Below, in pieces: positions 46,902-58,213 of a DNA stretch of 64,000 nucleotides. A program made the translations under genes and the position numbers. A model generated the notes under the pieces. The model was not told the origin of the DNA and made no database searches. It was given only the letters and a program-made list of their open reading frames with translations. Each line of letters starts with the position of its first letter. Within the stretch, counting starts at the first letter, position 1. Source of the DNA: Piedraia hortae CBS 480.64 (Eukaryota); contig MU005962.1 in NCBI GenBank assembly GCA_010093745.1, positions 1 to 64,000 of the forward strand, read 5' to 3'.

Positions 46902-48162
46902 ATGTGCAACCCAAGACCAGCAGCTCTCATCGCCATAATCGGCTGCACGGGGACGGGCAAATCCGACGTACTCCCTCCTCCCCACGTAATCATCATCAAA
47001 GCTAACCAAGTCCGTGGAGCTAGCAATCCACCTCGCGCAGCGGTTCAATGGAGAAGTTATCAACAGCGATGCGACGCAGCTGTACCACGGCCTCCCGATT
47101 CTGACGAACAAGCTCCCTCGTTCGGCGCAGCATGGTATCACGCATCATTTACTCGACTGCATCCCTCTGACCTCCCCCCCGTGGGTGCTAGGCGAATACT
47201 GCTCCCGCGCGAGGCGGATCATCGATCAAATCTCCGAGCGCGGGAAACTGCCCATTCTTGTTGGGGGGACGCATTACTATATCCAATCTTTACTGTTTTC
47301 GAATGGGACGGAGGGGGAGTTGGATGCGGAGGACGATGGGCGAGAGGCGCGTGCGCACGATGACTATACCCCGACGAGCGCCCTCTTAGCAGAGCTGCAG
47401 GCTCTAGATCCAGTGCAGGCAGCGAAATGGCATCCTAACGATAGACGGAAGATTCTAAGAAGTCTGGAGATTGTGCGTGCGACGGGACGCCCGGCGTCGG
47501 ATATCTACTCCGCGCAGACTACGAGTCCGGTGTACGATTCCCTTGTTCTCTGGCCACATGCGAGGAGAGAGCCGCTCCGCAAGAGGCTTGATGCTAGGGT
47601 GGGAGACATGCTCCGTCGCGGGCTGATGGACGAGGTTAGGGAGTTGGGGCGCTTTGCTGATGGGAGGGATACGACGAGAGGGATCTGGATTGCTATTGGG
47701 TTCAAACAGTTTTTTCCGATTGCGAGAGAGGGGAGCCAGGATGAGGCGGTTCTAACTCGCGCGGTCGAGGAGACGCAGTTCGCTACAAGACGGTACGCCA
47801 AACGGCAGGAAACGTGGATCCGGGGCAAGTTCTGGACAAAAGTGAACGAGGCACGGATGAGGGACAAGTTCTTTGTGCTGGATTCTAGCGATGCGCAAGG
47901 CTTCAGGGACGAGGTTTGTGGCAAGGCCGAGGGGGTTGTGGATGCGTTTTTGAAGGGAGAGGCTTTGCCGCAGCCGAAGAGTCTCTCGCCGTTTGCGGGG
48001 GAGGTTTTGGCTGACCTGGGAACGAGGGAGGGGAAGGGCAGGAAGGAGGGGAAGAATCACTGCCCTGCTTGTAACGTTACGTGTGTGGTAGAAGACCAGT
48101 GGAAAGCTCATTTGAGGAGCAAAAGACACAAGAAGTTGGTTAGTCTGGCATTAAGGGAGTAG
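46902..48162 (+). CDS. MOD5: tRNA dimethylallyltransferase
   Basis: GCTGTGKSD/LA, EVINSDATQLY, VGGTHYY, AIGFKQF, TRRYAKRQ, C-terminal Zn finger; intron 46968-47019. Confidence 0.95.
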
Positions 48163-48167
48163 TCCCG

Positions 48168-48713
48168 TTACAGCGTCCCAAAGGCCCGGTCCATTGCGGC
48201 CCCGAGATCGTCGACCTGCGCCTCGGCTTCCTCCTCCATCTGTACCGGTTTCGCTTTGATCTCCTTCTTCTGTGTCGTCTTGGTGTCTGCCGGCTTTGTC
48301 TCTACCGGTTCGGGCTGCAAGAGGTGTGTCTCGCTGTCCAGCCAGCCCGGCGCCTTGCGTCTCTTCTCAGCCAGATCGCGGTCGTGGATCTTCTTCACCC
48401 ATTCGCGCGCCTTGGCGTCGGCGTCGGCTTGCGTCTTGTCCAGCTCTGTCAGCAGCGCCTTGTTCTGCGATGCGATAGCGCTGGGATGGGCCGAAAAGCC
48501 TGAGGCAGACGTCACATAGGCTTCGCCCACGGCCGACGGCGGCAGCGTCGACGGGAGAGAGGTGTAGGTGTGCGGCAGCGTCGGCGGCTTGGGCAGATCA
48601 ATCCGCGGGTTAACCGTCAGTGGAATCTGGCTGAGCAGCGGATGGATGCCTTCACCGTTAACGTAAAAGAAGAGAAAGCTGCTCGGCTACTGATACATAC
48701 GTTCGTCGTGCAT
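48168..48713 (-). CDS. Hypothetical protein with coiled coil
   Basis: ATG 48713, intron 48650-48700 (GTATGT..AAG), MHDERIHPLLSQIPLTV..EKRRKAPGWLDSETHLLQP..LGAAMDRAFG*. Confidence 0.8.
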
Positions 48714-48732
48714 TGTCACGGTGGGGGGTTTC

Positions 48733-49508
48733 CTAGATAGCCACCACCAGCACCAGCAGAATTATGAGCACAAAGATGAGGCCACCGATGCATAACGTCG
48801 ACCAGCGATCTGTCAATGTGTCAGTCCGCCCACTGTGTCGTGTCGTTCCCACGCCTCACCTTCGTTGTGTTCAATCACGTATTTCATGCCCTTGAGTCCG
48901 CGCTGCAGCTTCCCTCCAACGCGGTCGGCGATGTTCTCCGTATCGTCCAGTAGATCGGCCTGTTCCTCCAGCTCGCGTCCCATGGCGTCAGCTTGCATGC
49001 GCAGCACGCCGACGCTGCTGAAGACGCCGTCGAGCGCGTCATCCTGCTCGCGCATGAGCTTCATCTGCCGCTGCTCCTCCCATGCGCCGTAGTCATCGTC
49101 GTCGTCGTCGTCGTCGTCGTTGCGGCCTGCGAGGGGGTCTCCATCCTCCACCGTCGGCTTCGCTGCCGCTTTCTGAGCGTCTTGTCTATGCACCGTCGCG
49201 TCCAACTGGTGATGCATGGCGTCCACCTCGGTCGCGACGTCGGTCACCAGCTTCCGCCGCCGCTCCACCTCCTCGCGCTTCAGTCCATAGCGCGCCGGAT
49301 CGCCCTCGACCGCCTTGACGCTGTCGACCAGGTCCTGCAGATCCGCGCCAAGGTCGACAAGCGTCGCTTCTAGCTCCTGCCGCGCCTCAATCAGCTCCGG
49401 CGAGTTTGTTGCCGAAGATCGAATCCGCAGGTACGACTGCAGCTGCGTTCGGCTTTGGTCGAGTAGGTTCAGCAGGTCCTGCTGTGCTGATAGGAACGGG
49501 TCGGCCAT
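48733..49508 (-). CDS. TLG1: Qc-SNARE syntaxin-6/Tlg1
   Basis: DPF N-terminus, SNARE motif EQDDALD..MGRELEEQ, intron ~48811-48859, C-terminal TM. Confidence 0.92.
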
Positions 49509-50519
49509 TGTGTTGGGTCGTTGAGTGGCACTCCGCGGGAAATGTCTCCTAATGGGCACTACCCATTCTCTGCCTTCCACCCTACCAACACGGTTCAGAA
49601 TGCTGGGACAATGGACAACTTTTTTTTTTTCTAGAACTGATCTGTTTACGTGGGGCACGATCTGCATCTAGATAGCCTATGGCGAAACGACACTCATTGG
49701 ACCAATCCTTGGCCGTGGACAACGATCTTCCCAAAGGTTGTCAGCGTATTTCCTCGAGTCTGAGACCAACGAATCCTGCTGTCTTCTATCGTCTTCCAAA
49801 AAAGTCCACGTGACCACTAGTACACCTCGGTTCTCCTTTTCCGCCTAGACGATGAATCAACTCCCCTCCTTGCCTCCACAGTATGCAGGCGAGATCTAAA
49901 CGAGGGTTGCACGTCTGCGCCTGTGGCATCCCCTGATGATTTGCCCGTTGACGAACAGCGGCGTTTCCCATAAGAGAGCCATGCTTTTCTACCGCTTAGT
50001 TCTCTTCATGCCAGCACCCACCTGCACCATCCCCAGATGAAAAAACGTAAGAATCGAAACAAGATCCGCGAAACCGCACAAGATATCTGGCCACTGACTA
50101 GGTTCCTTTCAAGCATCCTGGGCTGTGTGCATCATTGCAGGCACACATGAAGGCCGTCCAGACCCGGCCGTTGTGCAGCATTTTGTACAGGGATTTGTCC
50201 AGGCCTACCAGGCCCGCGGTGGGGACGTCCGCAACAAGGGCCCGGTCGTGTTCACGTGCCGGGGCGTAGACGATGGCGAGGCTGTTGCACGGTGTTAGGT
50301 GGGGTCCCACTGTGATGAAGGCCGGGGATGGGGACCTCGGCGGCTTGTATAATAGACAGAAACCCCAAGGGATTTGGGAGTACGTAGGTGGATGTGACGG
50401 CAGCTGAACCGGAGAGTTCGATACATATGGCATCTCCCACGAACGATTTTCGGTTACCTGAGCCATGCGTCACCTTGTCAATAAACACTCAAGGGGCCTC
50501 TTCACACAGTTCGTTTACG

Positions 50520-51650
50520 GCCCTGTCATGGCAATTGATGCAACTTTGACATCCTCGACACTCCTCGCTTTTTCCGGCGCTATCTCGATCCCACAGCCAA
50601 CCTACGTGATGGGCGACAAGAAGCAATGGCGAGACCGACCTCCTGCACGTCAGAGAACTCCGTTTTCATTATGGCGAGCGTCTAATATCGAGCCGCGAGA
50701 GCTAGTTTTGGTGCACGACGCTGGGGAATACCGTCATTTCCTCCTTTTCCTTCGCCAAGGCAATACCAAGACGCAGGCACATTTGACCATCACCAAATAT
50801 CTCACTCTACTCGGTAATGCAATCACTCAGGACACGAGATCATTAGCCTTGCGCCATGCACCTGAGCGGGTTCGGTACAGGACGTCAGGCGCCTTAGAAT
50901 AGCAGAGAATTGTTCAATTTAAGGCATGCAGCATTAAGGAACGTGATCGAGCAGGTCAATGGGTCGCTGAAGAAGCCCTGCCCTCGGTGGAAGGGAGGCA
51001 GGATCTTTCTACAATGGTGCAAAAGGATCTTAAATTGACAAGCATCACGCCGACATCCTTGGGCGGGCTGGTGTGAATATCTGCCTGGGATGAGCTCCCG
51101 GATACGCCATTCCGTCGCGGGGTGTGCGGAGGCAGAGAAATTAGAAAGTTGAGGAGGAAAAGTGCTGACCCACAGGTAGGCCCAGAGGTGGTACTTGTCA
51201 CCTTGTCTGCACGAGTGGTAGGCTTCGGTGGTATTCAATGTAACTGTTTCGTGGAGTTTTGAGCGTCGTCTGGCCCCGGAGCATCAGAAAAAAATGATGA
51301 CATCTCTAGGTAGGCTGAACGGAACATATCCAGCACGTCATGCAACGCTAGCTTTGGAAATACGATGGGGCATTGCATAGGCCGAAGGGTGGAACCAACT
51401 GCCCCAACAAGCCGTGGTGAGTGATGGACGCTATTTTCCATTGATCGCCTTCGGCGATCCGGGTTCTGTTGAACGTCGCTATGATGCCCAGTTCGAGTAT
51501 CATTGAGCCCTGCCTGGCGTCATGGATCAAAGACAGAGGAAACCTATTCCGTAAGGTGACTGCGTTGAGACCTCTGTAATCATGGCGTATTCTCATTCCA
51601 TCGTCGATATGCCGGGAGGACATGTACAAGACAGCCTCTTTCCCTGTCTC
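50520..51650 (-). mobile_element. Degenerate Ty3/Gypsy pol fragment (RT, RNase H, integrase Zn region)
   Basis: DYRGLNAVTLRNRFPLSLI, RIAEGDQWK, PFGLCNAP; CRGCQSC-like remnant near 50550. Confidence 0.8.
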
Positions 51651-51659
51651 CAAGGAAGC

Positions 51660-53363
51660 ATGTGCTGGGTTTTTGTGGAGTCTTTTAGCTTGCGACGGAG
51701 GGCTGGCTTGGAGTGCCAGAAGCACAGATGGTGATAGGCCGTTGGCTAAGTCCTTTCGCAGCGGAGACCTCTGCCTGGTCCTTGTCCGTCCCAATAGAGA
51801 TCGACCCGAGGCCTGCAGGCTTCAGTGGACGCAGAAAATCTATCATGATCTTCGTTGTGGCACCGGCAGTGACATCCCCCTACTATATGCATGCCCATCT
51901 GAACTTGGCAAGGTTAGGCATGTTCATCATGGCTTTGGCGACCGCTTCGTATGTGGCCTATGATTTGGGGGTGTCCGGGAAGGACCATACGCCCGTGGAC
52001 ACAACGGCAGGCTTCTTCACGAAGCAGTACCTTAGCGGGATCCCGGCTCCATCCAACTCGGCCATGATGGTGTAAAGATCCATGCCTTTGTTATTTGTGT
52101 CATATGTGACATCCATGACGACTTCTTTCGTCTGGTGGGCCAGCTTGCGGACGATTACCTGGTGATAAAACACCATCGTCGTGACCCTTTCGGTTCGATA
52201 TGCTCATCTGGAATGTCGGGAACCCGATCTATCGCAACCCGTAGCATTCTGAGGTGCTCCTGGGCCCAGTAGCGGTAGATGATTTAATGAATGCGGTCTT
52301 TTACCGACCCTTCGACATGACAGAAACGTGTTAAAAGCCGTCTTGCCGGTCTAGGAAGGCGTACAACGAATGTGCGGCGGCGCGTTAAATTTTGACTGAG
52401 ACTCTTCGGAGTGGGTAAGCGTCTCGTTTGGTGATGCAGTTGAGAAAGCGGTAGTCACAACACATCTGAAAATTCGCTTTTCCGCTGCAGCTGCCTTTTC
52501 CGGTGTCAGCACTGCGGCGGAAGCCCAGAAACTATTGCTCGTCACTGCTGTGTCTACTAGCCCCGCGTGTATGGATCATGAATGCCTCCTCAACTCTAGT
52601 TTTCCAATGTGTGGTGTTTGGTAGTTCGGCATAAAGCTACATCTTGGGGTAGCTTCTACTGGGGGTGTATCATACGGTCGATGGTGTTTATGCCGCAATG
52701 TGATGCTTATCTGACGTTCTTCAAGGCTGAAATGTATCTTCATGTAGCTTTGACAAAGCTCTCCATAGTATATCTATGCCTTGACCTTTGCCTGTCGGTG
52801 GCGAACGCGCGATTCATCCTGGGAGCATCTGTACTCAAAGCTGCCCCAATTATCTAATTTTGCACAGCCACAGCGAGTGAATCGAAAGCCTCCTTTCACA
52901 CGGAGGAGATGCACAAGCTCCTTAATTGCTGTATGAAGCGACGCTTGGTCAACATCTCCGCCCCGAGAATATGTCAGCTGGTCACGGAATTCAGCAGGCA
53001 AAGAGTCATATAGAAAGTATCCAGTGATGTCCAGAAATTCCTGCTGATTCTAAAATGACAATTAGCCCGCAGGAAGTCTAAGACCAAAAGCTACTAGCTT
53101 TCCGGAACGTTCCACTGAATTGTTTTATCCAAGAATCCGTTCCGATCGTCGTAGAAAGAGTCGCTTATACGCTTCTTTCCATGAACACGGCACAATTTCT
53201 TCGGTCGTCCATTAGCGAATTTGTCGAAGTCGCTTGCGTCTTTCCAAGCTTTATCAAAAGGACACCTCCTACAAAACAGCTTGGTGCCACTGGAGGGATC
53301 ATCGGCTGCCACAGTATTAGCTGATGCATTATCTGTCATGTTATCAAGCGTTGAGGTCGACAT
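51660..53363 (-). mobile_element. Degenerate Mutator (MULE) transposase, 3'-truncated
   Basis: MDVTYDTN..LYTIMAELDGAGIPLRY (D1), GTDKDQAEVSA (D2), LCFWH (CxxH); N-terminal CRRC..CRVH and FEYRCSQD; no TIR pair found. Confidence 0.8.
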
Positions 53364-53489
53364 GATGGGCATTTGTAGCAATGCAAAGGAAAGCGTGAAA
53401 TTTATGTGCGATAAGAGGTTAGTTTGAGCTAAAAGTAGACGTCACGTGAGGTGACTACTCGCCCACCAGGAATTTTACTTGTTACATCG

Positions 53490-55760
53490 TCACGAAATGA
53501 CACTATCGATTTGATCGCCAAAAGAACGATCAATGATGAAATCAATGCAGATCTCTACCAATGCCACCATTGCCCAAAATATCAAGAGGTTTGAATACCA
53601 GCCACAGTGTCTGCAATTGACAACTCTGGTGGCTATGGTGAGGACTCCAATGACTGGAGTGGAACAAAGATCATTGGCAGGTGTGTGGGATATCTGGCCA
53701 CAGCGAATTCCTTGATCTGGTCTCCACACACCTGTAGACACATGGATACTGCGGATCCTTGATATAGTGCACACAGCTCTTGCGCCAGATCAATCTGCTA
53801 TATCCAAGTTCGGCTTTCAGATGATTCAACACGGAAAATGGTACAGAAATCGGCGGGACCGCACTCCATCAGTTTGCGCAAGAGGAAGGCACCAACATCA
53901 CATCTTCGACTTCAAGAAAGTCCACGCAGAATCTTCTTGCTGATGTTAGCAATCACATAGCGTGCAGATTGGATTGCAGGCTGCCAATTTACGGTAAGGT
54001 GAGCAAGCGTCTGTGACCCTATGCAGTGCATACTACAATCATGCTCTTGAAATCAGGCCTTCAGAGACGCTTCAAAGTAAGTCGCCCTACCAATGTCTTG
54101 CCGGAGGAGAGAACTTGTGAACCCAAGATACCATTCTTGGGATATTTGAGGACTTATGGGTGCCGTGCATTCGTATCGGGCCACAAATTAAAGCAGAGTG
54201 AGAAGGTCTATGGGGTGTCACAACCGGGGAGACCTATCGGATACGAAGGGACAAACAACTATAGATGTTTGTATACACTGCCTGGATGCCTGCCAACCAT
54301 CATGATGTCTGCAGCACGAATGTGACCTTCGATGAGCCGAAAGCTGGCGTTGGAGGCGAGTTGGAGGACTTGACTGATGAATGCTTAACACAATTACAAA
54401 CCCACATCAACAATCAGGTCTTGAATGCCTGTACGTGGAAACCGGTGTGAGGCCAAAAAAGATCTAGGAGGATTGGGAGATGGCAGTACCAGAACTTGGT
54501 CGCAGCCCAGCAGTAGCTCCAACAAGATCGACTTCAGAATTGAGTCTGTACAATGCTTTGAGAAACGGCCTGTCCGTGGATTTTCTGAGCCCTCTATCAA
54601 GGCTTGCCCGCCCAAAACTGGAAGCGTGGAAAGAAATCAAACATTGGGATTGGTTCCAGTTCCACCAGAGGCCAACATTATGAAAGAACGTTGGATCTTT
54701 TAAACAAATGATCACGGAACGACATACGACATACATACCACGAGATTACGGATAAAATTGGCCTATTGGCTACAAGATGAGAGTTTTATTCCTACTGCAT
54801 GATACAAAAGGAACGAGCACAGCCATCTGGATTGGTTCAAGGCACGTTGGGTAGCACTTGGTTACTCCCAGATCGAGGACATCGATTACGACAAAGCCTA
54901 TGCCGCAGGGGCAAAAACGTCTTCAATCCGCACCATACTCAACACGACCTTGAGTGTCATCAATTTGATGTTTCTACAGCCTTTCTGCACTTACAAATCA
55001 CAGACCAAGTCATCCACATGGAGCAGCCCCATTGTTTTGCCGTCACAGCGCCATGATATACATGAGTAGAAAACTAAGCCCAGCGCATCAGAGATACTCC
55101 GCCCAAGAAAGGAAAATGCTTGCGTTGGTGACTGCCCGTGAACACTGGACCCATTGACTGGAACGAGCTGATGTTGTCGTGGTTACGAATCACGACAGAC
55201 TTCTCCTGTTCATGACGAAGCAAGAGCAGCCCAAATGAATGCTTCGCTTCTTGGACAGAGTACAGCACTTCGGCGTGCAAATCAAATATCGCGAAGGAAA
55301 AGGGAGTATCCTCGCAGACTTCTTTTCGCCTTCGCGATGTATGGTTGGTATGTAGGATACCAGAGCTACCCGTTCATCAACTGCAGGGGAGGGTTAGTAC
55401 CTTACTTTGAAACGGGAAGACCGGGCATTGAGATAGACTGTTCAGCATCGGAACAGGCTGCTATCGAATTCGAGCAGGTTGATGTGACTTGCCATGAAAA
55501 TCCGCCCAGACATCACATTTGCATCGGGAAGTTTTCGAGATATATCCACAAACCAATTGAAAGCGCATGTTAGTGCGACTAGTCATGCCCTCCGTTACCT
55601 GAAAGCCACAGCAAGATATGGCATCGCCTTAAGCGGAGATGGAACCCGAAAACTCGACCTCACAGACTACGCAGACGCATCGCATACAGACTATGCGGAC
55701 ACTTGTCGTTCGTAAAGTGCATATGGGTGTATCTACACAAGCGATTTCCCCGGAATTTTT
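53490..55760 (+). mobile_element. Degenerate Ty1/Copia pol remnant (integrase, RT, RNase H)
   Basis: YLRTYGCRAFV, IGYEGTNNYR, NVTFDE, LVPVPPEANIMKERWIF, KARWVA, CHQFDVSTAFL, RPDITFA, ALRYLKAT, YADAS in Copia order. Confidence 0.88.
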
Positions 55761-55928
55761 CTGCGAAAAGTAGTGCCCACTCTTTGCACTAACTTTTGCG
55801 TCAAAAGGTTCCCCATGTGTTTCCGCTGGGTCACCTAGGCAGTTTCTTGAAAACCGTCCGAATTTTTTCCTCAAACCTTTTCAACTTTTACCATCAGCTC
55901 AACCACAACAAGAGCAACACTCACAAAC

Positions 55929-56410
55929 ATGACAAACGAGAACGAACTTGTAGCCCAAGCCGCACAAGAGAGGCGCGACACGTGGGAGCAGCAGCAGGCA
56001 GATACTGCCGCAAAGAAAGCAAGGAAAGCTCGAGAGAAGGAGACAAGAGAAGCGTGCCGCCCGAGGCCAGCAAGACCTGGACGCGGGAGGAAACGATCCG
56101 TTTGATCGCCCTCCGCGAGCAGATGCAGCCTCTCTTCGCGGCTGTCGACGAGGGCGGCCAGGGAAACTGCTGGCAGACGCTGGCGGATTCCTATTGTGAG
56201 GAGCACGAGACGAAGAACAGAGCCGGCAAGGGTGAGTCAACTGCTTTCATTTTCGTTTTACATTCTAACCAAAACCTCCAGTCTAATACGCCGCGATGGC
56301 GAGCAAGTGAACCTCACTCAAATTTGAGTACAAGCATTGCGTTAACGCCCAGGACGACGGGAATGGGCACAGCCGGCATCCCCATATTTGGCTTCGTGAA
56401 GGACGTGTAA
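55929..56410 (+). pseudogene. Myb/SANT (trihelix)-like gene fragment, frameshifted
   Basis: KTWTREETIRLIALREQM..F..NCWQTLA; intron-like GTGAGT..CTAAC..CAG at ~56232-56281. Confidence 0.55.
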
Positions 56411-56619
56411 TGGGTCATGTATATGTACATGCCGGCTGGGGGGCCCATCGCCTGGAAACCTGGGCGATTCCCGCTCGTCGCCCTATCTCTTACGGTGTCA
56501 AAGTACTGCACCCTCACACGCCCATTGAGGAGAGGGTCGCCGAAGGATTTTTCCCTTGTACCCAACCCTCGGACGAGGAGTATACTGACAGTGAAGAGGA
56601 AGCGCAGTTCGATCCAGCC

Positions 56620-57225
56620 ATGGACGCCAAATCCACCAACTACGAGGTCTCCTCTGAAGGAGGACAGGCCTTCGATGGCAAGACTGACAAGCTACCTGCG
56701 TTCCTCATGCACATGCGATTGAAGGAGCTACTAGATAGTGACCTTAGGGACTAGGCCATCAAGTGCGCGTACGCGGCTAACCAACTTCGGGGCCTAGCCC
56801 AGGAATGGTTCGTGCCCACAGCACCCCGCCAGCCTCAGCTCTTACAACGATGGAGCGCTCTTGAGGCGGCTCTCGTTGAAGTGTTCGGAGAAACCGACAC
56901 GGTGCGCCGCCAAAGGACCGAGCGCCAGATCATGCAACTTAAGCAGACCTCTACGGTGTCCCAACTGGTGGCTGAACTCGAAGGGCTCGCCGACCAACTA
57001 AACTGGCCCAAACAGGCCCGCCGCGCCGCGTTCCTGAACGCCCTCAAGCCAACTCTCAAGGCGGAGCTCTATAAGCGGCCGGAGGACAGTTATGCCGTCC
57101 TGGAAGAAGTGGCCCGCCAGATGGAGGCAGCGGCAGCCTTGTCCTCGGGACCTACGCCTCCCTCGCGTCGGACTCGCCGAGGAGGAAAGAAAGGCCGGAA
57201 ACCCATATGCCACCGCTGCCAACCG
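56620..57225 (+). pseudogene. Ty3/Gypsy-type gag (capsid plus broken Zn knuckle)
   Basis: FDGKTDKLPAFL, QLRGLAQEWF, WSALEAALVEVFG, LKQTSTVSQLVAEL, FLNALKP, CHRC; in-frame TAG at 56752. Confidence 0.75.
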
Positions 57226-57229
57226 TTAC

Positions 57230-57560
57230 GCTCCCGCTTCTGTATCATCCCCTTGTGAGCATAGCGGCCAAGAGGCACGTTTACTGGGGGAACTCAAGTT
57301 TACAGACCCTCAATCACTTCAACGGATTGAGATGCGAGTGCGGCTGCCACAAACAAGATGCACCGCACATACTTCTCCACTGCCCCCAGCATGCGTGGCA
57401 GAAGAAAGCTCGCGAGATCATGGCTGGAATTGGCCTTTATCTGCTGGAAAGTAATGATGCCGTGTACGTAAACGAGAAAAAAGATTTGATGGCCGCATCT
57501 CATGTGAGGAGATCTCATTTAATTAGGGGACAAGGATTGAGGGACTTGAGAAGAATATAA
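57230..57560 (+). pseudogene. 3' fragment of a LINE ORF2 (CCHC)
   Basis: CECGCHKQDAPHILLHCPQH, same motif type as in the 31.6-35.8 kb LINE. Confidence 0.55.
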
Positions 57561-58213
57561 CTAATATCAATGGACAAAAAGGACAAGGTGTATGGATGAT
57601 ACAATTTGCCTGCAAAATGAAGCGCGAGGCTGTTGAAAATGCGAGCTGATCTTCCGATATGTCTCGAAGTACAGGTCTAAGGGCGCTGAGCGCCATGGGA
57701 CTGGTGGATTTAGAGTCCTAGTTTGTTGCCTCACCATCAGTGTTGCTGTGTATTTTCGTAGCCCAGTTGCTGTGCAGCTGTTTTCTATATATCGCTTCTT
57801 CATCCTGTTTGTTTAGTACCACTCCTTCGTCAGGAATAACAGCGACAGATGGAAATAATCTCACTCTCAGTGTCATATCAGCTGCCGCTTAGATGTTAGG
57901 CTTGTTTGCGGTTTGTTTGAGACCGTACGTTGATTGCCTGTTTCCACGCTACTCACGTAATCCCATCATTTCCGACACCAAAGAGGAACCGGGGGTCCTT
58001 GAACGCTTCCGTTCACCTTATGCTACGGTCACAAAAAGCTTGACAAAAGTGGGCGCCGTGAAGACGTCAAATCGGGTTTGGAAATTCCAGTGAAAGCTCA
58101 TCAAAAAAAAAGTCCACCCAACGAGGGACAACCAGTAAATTCCATCGACGAAAATCAATAACCAGAAGTAAAGCCACCTTTTCTTTGCCGTATAGTCCAC
58201 ATTAAACATCAGC

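Noticed and set aside
49700..50470. Coding-like fragments downstream of the Gypsy relic
   Set aside because: Could not assign to any family from sequence alone.
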